Shown: positions 18,452 through 28,230 of the stretch, piece after piece
How positions within the stretch are numbered: position 1 is the stretch's first letter
How the letters are laid out: the number at the start of each line of letters is the position of its first letter
NCBI GenBank assembly: GCA_963665845.2
Contig: OY762492.1
Span: 2,464,001-2,528,000, forward strand
Source of the DNA: Candidatus Poribacteria bacterium
GTDB lineage: Bacteria > Poribacteria > WGA-4E > GCA-2687025
Direction of reading: 5' to 3'
Length of the DNA: 64,000 nucleotides
Translations under genes and position numbers: made by a program
The notes under the pieces: generated by a model
Database searches by the model: none
What the model was told of the DNA's origin: nothing
Seen by the model: only the letters and a program-made list of their open reading frames with translations

Positions 18452-19383
18452 ACGCAGGCGGTAAGGCGTTCGCGGTTCTGGGACCGACAGCCGCCGGCAA
18501 AACGGCGGTCGGCGTTTGTCTCGCGCAAGCGGTGGACGGCGAGATCGTCTCGGTTGATTCGCGGCAAATCTACCGCGAGCTGGACATCGGGACGGCAAAA
18601 CCGACCGCCGAGGAGCGCGCCGCCGCCCGCCATCATCTGATCGATGTGGCGTCGCCGGCGCAGAAGTACTCGGCGGCGCAGTTTCAAAAGGAGGCGGACG
18701 CGGCGATTGCCGAGATACGTTCGCGCGGAAAAATGCCGATACTGGTCGGCGGGGCGGGGTTGTACTACCGCGCGCTGACAGACGGCATCTTTGACGGGCC
18801 GTCGGCGGATCCAGAGGCGCGGCGGCGTCTCGAAGCGGAGGCGGAGGCGCGCGGAAACGAGAGCCTGATGACACGTTTATATAAGGTGGACAGGGAAGCG
18901 GCGGAGCGGATACATCCAAACGACCGCATGCGTCTCATTCGCGCGCTGGAGGTGTATGAGTTGACGGGCAAGCCGATTTCAGAGCTGCGGCGCGAATGGC
19001 GCGGCGGTCCGCCAAGGTATGAAGCGTCCGCCGTCGGGCTTCGCCGACCGCGCGAACAGCTGAACCGCCGCATCAACGCGCGGGTGAAACGCATGCTGGC
19101 GGACGGGTTGATGGACGAGGTGAAGACGCTGCGGGAAAAATACGCCCGCTCCGATCCAGCGTTCAACGGGTTCGGATACGCCGAGCTGTGGGACTATCTG
19201 GACGGAAAGCATACCTATGAGAAAGCGGTGGAGATACTGAAGCGAAACACGCGCCGATACGCCAAACGCCAGATGACCTGGTTCCGCGCCGACCTGCGAA
19301 TTCAATGGATCGACCTGTCGGAAGAGGCGGGCGCGGAGTCGGCGGCGGAAACGGCGCTGTCGGTTCTACGGCGCGCTTTGTAA
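18448..19383 (+). CDS. miaA: tRNA dimethylallyltransferase
   Basis: GPTAAGKT, DSRQIY..DIGTAKP, TRRYAKRQMTWF; ATG 18448 overlaps the upstream stop. Confidence 0.95.
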   Translation: MNAGGKAFAVLGPTAAGKTAVGVCLAQAVDGEIVSVDSRQIYRELDIGTAKPTAEERAAARHHLIDVASPAQKYSAAQFQKEADAAIAEIRSRGKMPILVGGAGLYYRALTDGIFDGPSADPEARRRLEAEAEARGNESLMTRLYKVDREAAERIHPNDRMRLIRALEVYELTGKPISELRREWRGGPPRYEASAVGLRRPREQLNRRINARVKRMLADGLMDEVKTLREKYARSDPAFNGFGYAELWDYLDGKHTYEKAVEILKRNTRRYAKRQMTWFRADLRIQWIDLSEEAGAESAAETALSVLRRAL

Positions 19384-19470
19384 ACGAAAAAGAGGGTAGA
19401 ATCGTCTAATAGAAAAGCGGCAACGAACAGAAAAGGAGCCGCGCTGAAGCCACACAAGGAGAACGACCTG

Positions 19471-21045
19471 ATGACCATTCGACGACTGGCGCTAGCGGCT
19501 GCGGCGATGGCTGCGGCATGGATGTTCGCGTTGAGCCTGCCCGTCTACGCCGATTCGCATGAAGAATCGGAAACAACGGAAGAGGCGGCTGAAAAAGAGC
19601 ATGAAGAAAAAGAGGAAGCGCGCGAAGAGGAACATGAAAACGGCGACGCGCATGAGGAAGCCGAACATGAACACGGCGACTCGGACGAGGAAGCCGAACA
19701 TGAACATGGCGACTCGGACGAGGAAGCCGAACATGAACATGGCGACTGGCATGACGAAGAGAAACGAGACCGCGTCCGTTCTCCAGAAGCGATTCGGGAG
19801 CGTATGGGATCGCTTCTACACGACTTCTACGGACGCGAAGACGAGGACGACATGCGCCGCCGAGGCGAAATGGTTGAAGCGATTCGGGAGCGTATGGAGG
19901 CGCTTCGCCGCAGATACGGGCGCGGAGACGAAGACGACGACATGCGCGGCCCAGACGAGAATTATTACGAAGCGGTTCGGGAGCGCATAGCGGCGCTTCG
20001 CCGCATTCCCGCTGAGCAGCTGCGGGAACGGCTGATTGAACAGACGAAACGCGCCATGCGCGAAAAGATCGAGAAGTCGCCTGAAGACGGGCATGAGATC
20101 GAGCTGGGCGGCGAGAAGCGCATTCGAGAAATCGAAGAAATGTCGGAGGAGAAGCTGCGCGCCGTCTTCATGAAGCAGATGCAGGAACGGCTGAAAAGCA
20201 TGCGCGAGACCGAGACGCCAAACCGAATGGGCGCGATGATGTCCATGCGGAAAAACCGAATGGGCGGCGAAACGGGGCTTTGGAACATGCGCAGGCGCGT
20301 CAATATCAACCGCATGAACCGTCGAACGGACAGCGGCGAGATGCGCTTTGAGGCGTTTCATCTAGAGCATATCCCGGCGCAGCATGCAGCCGAGATGGTC
20401 GACCCGTTCATGCCTAGAAACGCGCGCATTGCCGCCGACCCGCGCTCCAACAAGCTGCTTGTCATGACGAGCGGGGAGGGGATGCGGATTGCGATGGCGG
20501 TTCTTCAAGAGGTGGACATCCCTGTCCGCGGGGAGCGGGAAGCGATGGAGGAGCAGCGGAGACAGCGTCAACGCGAGGCGGACGAGGCGGAGGAAAACCG
20601 ACGCCGACGCCGTCCTGAAGAGGAAACGGAGCGGGACGAAGGCGATCGGCGCTCCGGCGCGCTGCAGACGCCGATGTACGATTACGAACGTCCATGGCGG
20701 TTTGAGCCGAGAGACCCCGCGGGCGTATGGGCTTTGGGCGGCGACATTTTCAACCCGTATATGCCGGCGAACCGCATAGAGGGGCTGCTGACGGAGAAGG
20801 GGGAGGATTATATCGCCGTTCAGATTGAGGGCGTCGGCGAGGAGATGCGGGCGCGGCTGCCTGTCGTCCGCGTCGGCGACGGATGGATGGTGAAAGGCAA
20901 CCTCGCCAACAAGATCAAGGAGCTGGACCCTGGCGACGCGGTGATCTTCGAATGGTGGGAGGCTGAAGGCGTACTCTATCTTCAGGACATCGCGCGGGTG
21001 GAAGAGAAACGGCGGGAGCGCATCGAAACGTACCTGTTTGAGTAG
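19471..21045 (+). CDS. Secreted His/Glu-rich protein with a secretin-N (NolW-like) domain
   Basis: Signal peptide; EEAEHEHGDSD repeats; FHLEHIPA..IAADPRSNKLLV..LQEVDIP. Confidence 0.65.
   Translation: MTIRRLALAAAAMAAAWMFALSLPVYADSHEESETTEEAAEKEHEEKEEAREEEHENGDAHEEAEHEHGDSDEEAEHEHGDSDEEAEHEHGDWHDEEKRDRVRSPEAIRERMGSLLHDFYGREDEDDMRRRGEMVEAIRERMEALRRRYGRGDEDDDMRGPDENYYEAVRERIAALRRIPAEQLRERLIEQTKRAMREKIEKSPEDGHEIELGGEKRIREIEEMSEEKLRAVFMKQMQERLKSMRETETPNRMGAMMSMRKNRMGGETGLWNMRRRVNINRMNRRTDSGEMRFEAFHLEHIPAQHAAEMVDPFMPRNARIAADPRSNKLLVMTSGEGMRIAMAVLQEVDIPVRGEREAMEEQRRQRQREADEAEENRRRRRPEEETERDEGDRRSGALQTPMYDYERPWRFEPRDPAGVWALGGDIFNPYMPANRIEGLLTEKGEDYIAVQIEGVGEEMRARLPVVRVGDGWMVKGNLANKIKELDPGDAVIFEWWEAEGVLYLQDIARVEEKRRERIETYLFE
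19654..19746 (+). repeat. 33-bp in-frame tandem repeat (about 3 copies)
   Basis: gaggaagccgaacatgaacayggcgac repeated with a 33-bp period. Confidence 0.85.
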
Positions 21046-21059
21046 CCGCGCGAAGTGAT

Positions 21060-21415
21060 TGGCGCCGCGTCCGATTCCCCCTTGAAACGAGGAGGGCGCG
21101 CATCCGATTCCCCCCTTGAAGCGAGGAGGGCGCGCGTCCGATTCCCCTTGAAACGAGGAGGGCGCGCGTCCGATTCCCCCCCTTTAAAAGGGGGGTTAGG
21201 GGGGTTTAAAAAAACGGGCGCGGCGGCTGCGATGCCCTAAGATTCCCGCTTACGCGGGAATGACAGGATGCGGCGTCCGATTCCCCCCTTGAAGCGAGGA
21301 GGGCGCGCGTCCGATTCCCCCCTTGAAAAGGGGGGTTAGGGGGGTTTTAGAGGCGGGCGCGGCGGCTGCGGCGCCTAAAGATTCCCGCACATTTTACCGC
21401 AGGGGCGGGGATGAC
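21060..21415. repeat. Composite repeat cluster (BIME-like)
   Basis: Six ccgattcccc(c)tt units plus palindromes at 21242 and 21381. Confidence 0.85.
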
Positions 21416-21432
21416 GAGATGGAGAAAACGAC

Positions 21433-22170
21433 ATGATCAACGAAACGCACATCCGACAATTCAACGAGCGGGGCTATTTCATTCTTGAAAACGCCTTTGA
21501 CGAGCAGGAGCTGCGCCCCGTCGAACAGGAGCTGGATCAGTATATCCATGAGGCAAACGAGCGGCTGCGCCAGTCCGGCGGCGGAGGCATCAGCCGCGCC
21601 GACGAGATCGTCTTCAACGCCTTCCTCGCCGAGAAAAGCGGTCTGCTCCGCCGCTTCGTCTCCAGCGGTCGGTTTGTCGACCTCACCTCCCGCCTCATCG
21701 GTCCGAACGTCCGCCTTTACTGGAATCAAGCCGTCTACAAATACCCTGAAACGGAAAAAGAGTTCCCTTGGCACCAAGACAACGGCTACACCCCTCTCGA
21801 TCCTGAACAATACTACACCTGCTGGATCTCTCTGAACGGCGCCTCCGTTGAAAACGGCTGCGTCTGGGTACTGCCCGGTTCCCATAAGGGCGGAACGCGC
21901 CCGCACGAAAACAGCCCCATCGGGCGCGTCGGGTATCAAGGCGACGAGGCAGGCGTTCCGGTGGAGCTGCCGCGCGGGGGCATGGGCGTCTTCTCCTCAT
22001 TGACGCTCCACCGCAGCGGACCGAACCTGACAGACGGCGTCCGCAAAGGATATATCGTTCAGTATATCCCCGCGCACGCCCGCAGCGCGACCAGCGGCGC
22101 CGACTTCTCCGACCGCATCTGGATCGTCCAGGACGGCAGCCGACCCGACGCGGAGAACGGGTCGGGCTAA
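21433..22170 (+). CDS. Phytanoyl-CoA dioxygenase (PhyH) family protein
   Basis: FPWHQDNGY, ENGCVWVLPGSH, LHRSGPN..R. Confidence 0.9.
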   Translation: MINETHIRQFNERGYFILENAFDEQELRPVEQELDQYIHEANERLRQSGGGGISRADEIVFNAFLAEKSGLLRRFVSSGRFVDLTSRLIGPNVRLYWNQAVYKYPETEKEFPWHQDNGYTPLDPEQYYTCWISLNGASVENGCVWVLPGSHKGGTRPHENSPIGRVGYQGDEAGVPVELPRGGMGVFSSLTLHRSGPNLTDGVRKGYIVQYIPAHARSATSGADFSDRIWIVQDGSRPDAENGSG

Positions 22171-22460
22171 GATACCCGTTCCCCGTTTTCACGAGGACAT
22201 GCATTCCCGTCCATGCGGTAAAACGGGCGGGAATGCATCGTTTTCCTGGCTGTACGCCCATGCGATGATAGCCGTTTTTAATCCTAAAGCGTCCGCGCCG
22301 CCGGTCCGTCATTCCCGTGAAAACGGGAATCTTAGGCGTCGCAGACGCCGTCCATATTGCGTCTCCGACCAACATCATCGTATGAGCGTACTGCCGTTTT
22401 CCTAGACAGCCTCCGCATTCCAAAAACCGCGTCTATAGGCGCTGCCGCTCCGTTTGATTC

Positions 22461-22650
22461 CTGACCTCACGTCTTAAGTTGGGACATGTCGGCATGCGAA
22501 CGCGGACGTCTTCTGCGGCGCCTCTAGATTCCCGCTTACGCGGGAATGCATGCCCTCGCGGAAGCGGGGGACGGTTTGGTTGGCGGCGCCTTTTTCCCAT
22601 GAATAGAGCGATCGTCGGTTCAAATGTCCCAACTTTAAGCATGAGGTCAG
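22461..22650. mobile_element. Complete 190-bp MITE with 7-bp target duplication
   Basis: TIRs CTGACCTCA..AAGTTGGGACAT / ATGTCCCAACTT..TGAGGTCAG; TTGATTC on both flanks. Confidence 0.9.
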
Positions 22651-22724
22651 TTGATTCGCCTTGCGGGGATGAGTCGGGCGCTGTATGCTGTTCATACCGA
22701 TCTAACGAAAATGAAAGGCTGCAT

Positions 22725-24695
22725 ATGAGAGCTTCACATACCGCTGCGGCGGCGTTGTTGTGGTGTCTGTTGGGGACAGGCTCTCTCTTTGGGGCGGAGG
22801 CGGCGTCTGAATGGAGCGCCGAAGAGGGGCTTCTGATGGCTGGACACATGGACCGCGTCATATCGCTGGCGTTTTCGCCGGACGGCAAACGCCTCGCCAG
22901 CGGCAGCTACGACAACACGGTTGGGATTCGAGACGTCAGCACAGGAAGGCTGCTCAGGACGCTCAAGGGGCATACCGGCAGTTTCCGCTCCGTCGTTTAC
23001 TCGCCGGACGGCAAGAACCTAGCGACCTGCTCCCATGAGGACGGCATACGCATCTGGGACGCCGCGACAGGCAAACTTCTGCGGACCATACGCGAACCTG
23101 CGCTGTCTTCGCCCGTTGCTTATTCGCCGGACGGCAAGACTCTCATCGCCGGCATCGAATTAGCCGCCGCGCGCATCTGGGACGCCAAGACAGGCGCCGT
23201 TCTTCAAAACCTTGAATCGGACATCGGCGCCGTCACGTTCGCCGCGTATCTGTCGGACGGCAAGCGCGTCATCAGCCGAGGCTATGATCAAATCGAGCGG
23301 ATATGGAACGCCGAGACGGGCAAGCTTCTTCGAGCGGTTGAGATCAAGGAAGAGACGCCGAACCTGTCCGCCCTGTCGCCGGACGGAACAACCGCCGCCG
23401 GCTTCCGCGCCCTCGATATTCATAACGGCAGCATGCAGTTCTGGGATCTTGAAACAAAGGAGATCCTTCGGACGGTGAAGACGACGCGCTGGATGAACGT
23501 AATCGTTTATTCCCCGGACGGCAAGCTGCTCATCAGCGACGACGGCAAAAAGGCGCTGCTCTGGGATGTCCAAACGGGGCGGCAGCTTCTCGAGTTTCAA
23601 GCGGGCGGCGGGCTGGTCGAGAGCGCGGCATGGTCGCCGGACGGCAAGACGCTCGCTGTCGGAACCTCTTACGGAACGATTCAGCTGCGGCGCCTCCTTA
23701 ACGTCCCCCCGCCGCCGGAACTTGCCGCCGAGGACAGCTCGGTTCCGGAGTTCAAAGCGCCAAGAGAGGCGGAATTGCCGCCGATATTGAAGGAGCAGGA
23801 CGAGTGGAAGATTTATATCGGACATGAGGGCGGTATAACCTCTTTGGCTTATTCTCCAGACGGCAGCCGCATCGTGAGCGCCAGCCATGACGGAACCGCG
23901 CGCGTGTGGGACGCCGAAACCGCCAAGACAATCTGGACGCTCAAGGGGCATGCGGTTGACGTCAAACGCGCGAATGAAGACAGTCGGCAGCTCGGCCTCT
24001 TTTCCGCCGCCTATTCGCCGGACGGCAAACGAATTGCCAGCGGCGGCAACGACAAGGACAAGACGGCGCGGCTGTGGAACGCTGAAACGGGCGAACTGAT
24101 CCGAGTTTTTCAGTGCGGGCGGGCGGTAAAAAACCTAGCGTTTTCGCCGGACAGCAAGACGCTCGCCGCAGGAACTTACCATGAGGCGTTTCATTGGAAT
24201 GTTCAGACAGGCGAACAGACATTCATATTGCGCGGCGGCGGATTGGGCGCGGCGTTCTCCAGCGACGGAAAGAGGTTCATCAACTGCGGAGACTACGGCG
24301 GGATCTCGATATGGGACGGAGAGAAAGATTTTCGCGTTCGGTACCGCTTTCTAGGCGGGGACGTTCCTTCGGGCAGCGTCGCGCTGTCGCCGGACAACAA
24401 GACGCTCGCTGCGGGAGGGGGCGTATCGGTACATCTCTTGGATATCGACACTGGGCGGCTTCTCAAAAGGCTGGAAGGGATGTGGGGCGTCCATGAGGTT
24501 GCCTTTTCGCCGGACGGCAAGACGCTCGCGGTCCGCGAATACGAAGGCGGCGTTTATCTCTGGAACGCGGAAACGGGTCAGTACTGGGCGAAGCTGACAG
24601 GGAATTACACAGGGGGTATCGCCTTTTCGCCGGACGGCAAAATGCTCGCGCTCGGCGAAGGCGGCGTCATCCGTCTTTGGATTTTGAAGAAATAG
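22725..24695 (+). CDS. Secreted WD40-repeat protein (probably two propellers)
   Basis: Many [FY]SPDGK..WD repeats; signal peptide from ATG 22725; the ORF extension upstream is MITE DNA. Confidence 0.9.
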   Translation: MRASHTAAAALLWCLLGTGSLFGAEAASEWSAEEGLLMAGHMDRVISLAFSPDGKRLASGSYDNTVGIRDVSTGRLLRTLKGHTGSFRSVVYSPDGKNLATCSHEDGIRIWDAATGKLLRTIREPALSSPVAYSPDGKTLIAGIELAAARIWDAKTGAVLQNLESDIGAVTFAAYLSDGKRVISRGYDQIERIWNAETGKLLRAVEIKEETPNLSALSPDGTTAAGFRALDIHNGSMQFWDLETKEILRTVKTTRWMNVIVYSPDGKLLISDDGKKALLWDVQTGRQLLEFQAGGGLVESAAWSPDGKTLAVGTSYGTIQLRRLLNVPPPPELAAEDSSVPEFKAPREAELPPILKEQDEWKIYIGHEGGITSLAYSPDGSRIVSASHDGTARVWDAETAKTIWTLKGHAVDVKRANEDSRQLGLFSAAYSPDGKRIASGGNDKDKTARLWNAETGELIRVFQCGRAVKNLAFSPDSKTLAAGTYHEAFHWNVQTGEQTFILRGGGLGAAFSSDGKRFINCGDYGGISIWDGEKDFRVRYRFLGGDVPSGSVALSPDNKTLAAGGGVSVHLLDIDTGRLLKRLEGMWGVHEVAFSPDGKTLAVREYEGGVYLWNAETGQYWAKLTGNYTGGIAFSPDGKMLALGEGGVIRLWILKK

Positions 24696-24711
24696 CGCGC
24701 CGCCCGTCCAG

Positions 24712-24877
24712 CTGACCTCATGCTTAAAGTTGGGACATTTGAACCGACGATCGCTCTATTCATGGGAAAAAGCGTCATCAACAATGTCGTCATTCCCGCG
24801 CAAGCGGGAATCCAGAGTCAACCCCGAAACCGTCTGCGTTCACAACCAGAATTGTCCCAGCTCTAAGGTAAGGTCAG
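24712..24877. mobile_element. MITE copy (opposite orientation)
   Basis: CTGACCTCATGCTTAAAGTTGGGACAT ... TGTCCCAGCTCTAAGGTAAGGTCAG; no clear TSD. Confidence 0.8.
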
Positions 24878-24889
24878 CGGTTTAAACGA

Positions 24890-24924
24890 AACGCCGACTT
24901 TGAGACGCGCTCAAGGTCGGCGTT
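24890..24924. terminator. Hairpin terminator between convergent genes
   Basis: aacgccgactttgag...ctcaaggtcggcgtt. Confidence 0.65.
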
Positions 24925-24943
24925 GACATTCGTTTCGTTCTGT

Positions 24944-25807
24944 CTACTGCGTTTTCAAGACTCCCCAGGAGGTGGACATCTTGCCGGTCGGATCGACGGA
25001 GAGGGTCAGAAGCCCTTCCCCCGCCAGATAGTTTTGAACGAACTCAACGACCAGTTCGCCGCGGAAGTCGTCCGCGGCGGCTGGATTTGGCCACGCTTTC
25101 TGAATAAGGCAGGCAATGATGCCGCCCGTTTCGGAGTGCTTGGCGACGGCAGGATCGGCGTCGTTCGCGCCGGCTTCGGCAAAGGTCGTAACTTCCCAAG
25201 GCGTGCCGGCCAGCGTTTCCAGATGCCACGGACGGTCTGTTGTGAATGCGCCCACTTCCGCCAGCGTGGGCAAATACTTCTCCCCGTTATCGTTCACCTT
25301 CATGGCGTTATTGCGGGAGTTGAAATTGATCGGGGCGTCGAAGATGTTCTGGGCGCCGGCGCCTCCGTTCTCGGCGCTGCGGACGCCTTTCTCGTAGCTC
25401 ATGTAGCCGAACCAGTCGGCGATGTTGATGACGATATTGCCGTCGTCAATAAACTCCTCGATGACGGAGCCGTCCGGCTTGGCGTTCGGAAACGGGTACA
25501 GCCCGCTCGGCATCGTGCCGCATGAGAGAATGAGAACATCCACGACTCCGTTGCCTGTTCGTTTCTCCGTCCATTTTGCGAGCAGCGAATCTTCACCCTG
25601 TTCATCCCCGTCGCCGTAAATGGTGAAGGAATCGAACATGGCGGCGATTCCGTCTTCGATGTCCTTCGTTTCGCGCTCCACCGAAGCGGTTGAAATCCAG
25701 TCAGGGTTGGGCGGTCCGGCATACACAGCCGCTTCAGCCGCCCATGACGTACTTTCCGCGGCAATCATCGCGCCAACGATGAACATGGCGAATATCCAGC
25801 GTTTCAT
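24944..25807 (-). CDS. Secreted hypothetical protein with the conserved C-terminal motif
   Basis: Signal peptide MKRWIF.. after an AGGAG RBS; tail SVDPTGKMSTSWGVLKTQ. Confidence 0.75.
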   Translation of the reverse strand: MKRWIFAMFIVGAMIAAESTSWAAEAAVYAGPPNPDWISTASVERETKDIEDGIAAMFDSFTIYGDGDEQGEDSLLAKWTEKRTGNGVVDVLILSCGTMPSGLYPFPNAKPDGSVIEEFIDDGNIVINIADWFGYMSYEKGVRSAENGGAGAQNIFDAPINFNSRNNAMKVNDNGEKYLPTLAEVGAFTTDRPWHLETLAGTPWEVTTFAEAGANDADPAVAKHSETGGIIACLIQKAWPNPAAADDFRGELVVEFVQNYLAGEGLLTLSVDPTGKMSTSWGVLKTQ

Positions 25808-25898
25808 TTTCGCTCCTTTCTTTTTGAAAGCGATCCGTTGCATGTGCGCGGTTTATTTTAGCGCTATTTAATAACGGGCGCAATCCGTTTTTTTAACG

Positions 25899-26012
25899 CC
25901 GCGCGCCGCCTAAACTCCCCCTTGAAAGGGGGCTGGGAGGGTTTTAGCCGCGCGCCGCCTAAACTCCCCCCTTGAAAAGGGGGGCTGGGGGGGTTTTAGC
26001 CGCGCGCGCCGC
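25899..26012. repeat. Two CCCC-TTGAAA-GGGG repeat units
   Basis: gcgcgccgcctaaactccccc(c)ttgaaa(a)ggggg twice. Confidence 0.85.
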
Positions 26013-26098
26013 ATGTAAAAGAAACGCCGCCGCGCTGGACGCTTTCCGCCGGGCGGTGTATGAAATGTATGCATCAGCAGCGCAAAGGAGTAACCGAA

Positions 26099-27994
26099 AT
26101 GCAAGCCTCCTCCGCCGTCCCGTTCCAGCCCGACGCCGGCAACAGCGACCCGACCCGATGGAGCCTCCCCGACCATGACAACATCCGAGCGCGCCTGGGA
26201 CAGGGCAGAGTCAGCGCGACGGCGCTGTCGCCGGACGGACGATGGGTTCTTGTCGTCAGCGACGCGGGACTCTGGTGGCATGACGCGGCGGACATGTCGC
26301 TCCACGCCTTGTGGACAGACGACGCGGCTTATGCGTCCGACGCCGCTTTTTCGCCGGACGGGCAAAAGATCGTCACGGGAGGAGGAAAAACGGCGCGCGT
26401 CTGGGACATTCAAACAGGGCGCGTTGAAACGACGCTAGAACATACCTCCAAGGGCAGCGTCAACGCGGTTGCCTATTCGCCCGACGGGCGGCTCATCGCC
26501 GGCATGGTTGACGACCGCAAAAGCCTTGTCGTCTGGGACGCCGAGACGGGCGAACGGCGGCGGCAGCTGGAAGAACGATTCGGCCGTTGGGGCGGCCCGC
26601 TTCTTTTCTCGCCCAACGGCCGCCACATCGCTTGCCTGGCGGGCATCGCATGCGGAAGGGGCGCTGAATCCATCGCGGTCTTGGATGTCGACACAGGCGA
26701 GACCGCCGCCCATTTCACCAACATGGACGGCGCGTTGAACCTAAGCTTCTCCCCCTGCGGACGGCGCCTTGCGTCAGGCGAACGGGGAGCCGTATATGTC
26801 TGGGACATACGCAGCGGCAAGCAGATAGAGCGGTTTTCGACAGACGGGAAGGGCTGCATGCTTGTTTCCTACACGCCGACGGGCGAACTGCGCGCCGCGG
26901 AAGAATCCAGCGGCGGACAACAGCGCGTCTGGGACATCGAACGGAACGAACAGATCTTCGAGGATGAGCCGCGCGCAGGGATTTTTGGCGACGCCTTTGT
27001 TGACGGAACGACGCTGCTTTATTTTTCGGACCTGGAATGGCGAATCTGGAAAGAGGGGGAAGGCGCGCCGCGCGTCGGTTCGCATACGTTCATTGTCATT
27101 TCGTACGATCTTCGTTTCTTGCCGGACGGAAAGACGCTTGTCTCTTTGTCCGCCTCCGATTGCGGCATCGTGTTATGGGATACCGAGGCGCCTCAATCCC
27201 AGCCGCGCCTCTTCAACCCGATCGGAGAAGGCTGCCATTCGATGGACATCTCCGCGGACGGCAAGCTGTTTGCCGCGAGCGCTCTCAAGAAAGAAAACGC
27301 TGTTCAGCTGCGCCAAATCGACGGCGGAGGGCAAACGGTTCACTACAAAGGAGAGACGGCGGCGAAGATATGGAGCTCAAAGCTTGCCATCAAGGGCGGC
27401 GCTGCGGCGCATGTGGACGAGGAGGATACGATCTATCTTTGGGACGCCCGAAGCGGCGAGCCGATTCGTACGATAAACGCCGCCGACTCGATCTTTAGAT
27501 TTTGCCCGAACGGGAAATATCTGGCGGTCAGGACTGAAAACCAAACATGGGACCTGCTGGACGTTCAAACGGGTGAGACAATCTTGGATGGAGAAGAGAA
27601 CCCGCTGGACGCCTATTCGTTTTGCTTTTCGCCGGACAGCCGCCTGATCGCCTACTACGACGAAGATGAGCATCGGATCGCGCTGTGGGACGTTGAACGG
27701 GGCGCCGTCCGCCTGACGATCCCATGGCAGGACGAATGGGACGAGCGCCAGTACGAATGCGAGTCGTACGCCTTTACGCAGGACGGGCGTTATCTAGCGG
27801 CTTGCTACTCCGGCGACACGAAAAAAGATGCAAAGGCGGTCCATATATGGCGCGTCGAGACGGGGGAGAAGGTTGCCGCGCTGCCGATTCCAGGGGCGTC
27901 GGCGCTGGCGTTGTCGCCGGACGGGTCGCTGCTCGCCGCCTGCGGATACGGCGGACCGATACTGCTTTGGGAGTTAAACCCCCCGCTTCGATAG
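26099..27994 (+). CDS. WD40-repeat protein
   Basis: AGGAG RBS; WSLP..RARLGQG leader; SPDG..WD repeats. Confidence 0.9.
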   Translation: MQASSAVPFQPDAGNSDPTRWSLPDHDNIRARLGQGRVSATALSPDGRWVLVVSDAGLWWHDAADMSLHALWTDDAAYASDAAFSPDGQKIVTGGGKTARVWDIQTGRVETTLEHTSKGSVNAVAYSPDGRLIAGMVDDRKSLVVWDAETGERRRQLEERFGRWGGPLLFSPNGRHIACLAGIACGRGAESIAVLDVDTGETAAHFTNMDGALNLSFSPCGRRLASGERGAVYVWDIRSGKQIERFSTDGKGCMLVSYTPTGELRAAEESSGGQQRVWDIERNEQIFEDEPRAGIFGDAFVDGTTLLYFSDLEWRIWKEGEGAPRVGSHTFIVISYDLRFLPDGKTLVSLSASDCGIVLWDTEAPQSQPRLFNPIGEGCHSMDISADGKLFAASALKKENAVQLRQIDGGGQTVHYKGETAAKIWSSKLAIKGGAAAHVDEEDTIYLWDARSGEPIRTINAADSIFRFCPNGKYLAVRTENQTWDLLDVQTGETILDGEENPLDAYSFCFSPDSRLIAYYDEDEHRIALWDVERGAVRLTIPWQDEWDERQYECESYAFTQDGRYLAACYSGDTKKDAKAVHIWRVETGEKVAALPIPGASALALSPDGSLLAACGYGGPILLWELNPPLR

Positions 27995-28049
27995 CCGTTC
28001 CGCCAGGGCAGGAGAATACCCCCATCCCCCTTACAAATGGGGGCGTTTT

Positions 28050-28200
28050 GCATCCGATTCCCCCCTTGAAAAGGGGGGCTAGGGGGTTTAAAGAACGGGC
28101 GTTTGCGTCCGATTCCCCCCTTGAAAAGGGGGGTTAGGGGGGTTTAAAGAACGGGCGCGGCGCGCGGCATCTTAAGATTCCCGCTTGCGCGGGAATGACG
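28050..28200. repeat. Composite repeat cluster
   Basis: Two ccgattccccccttgaaaagggggg units plus a palindrome at 28177-28196. Confidence 0.85.
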
Positions 28201-28230
28201 GACATCGCTTGAGCGGCAGTTTCTTTCCGA

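Noticed and set aside
21060-21415. Regularly spaced repeats as a CRISPR array (also 2223-2355 and 60600-61085)
   Set aside because: The spacers are themselves repeated or too short, the units are dispersed REP-like palindromes, and no cas genes are present
22479-22724. N-terminal extension of the WD40 ORF
   Set aside because: It is MITE DNA read in frame; the signal peptide starts at ATG 22725
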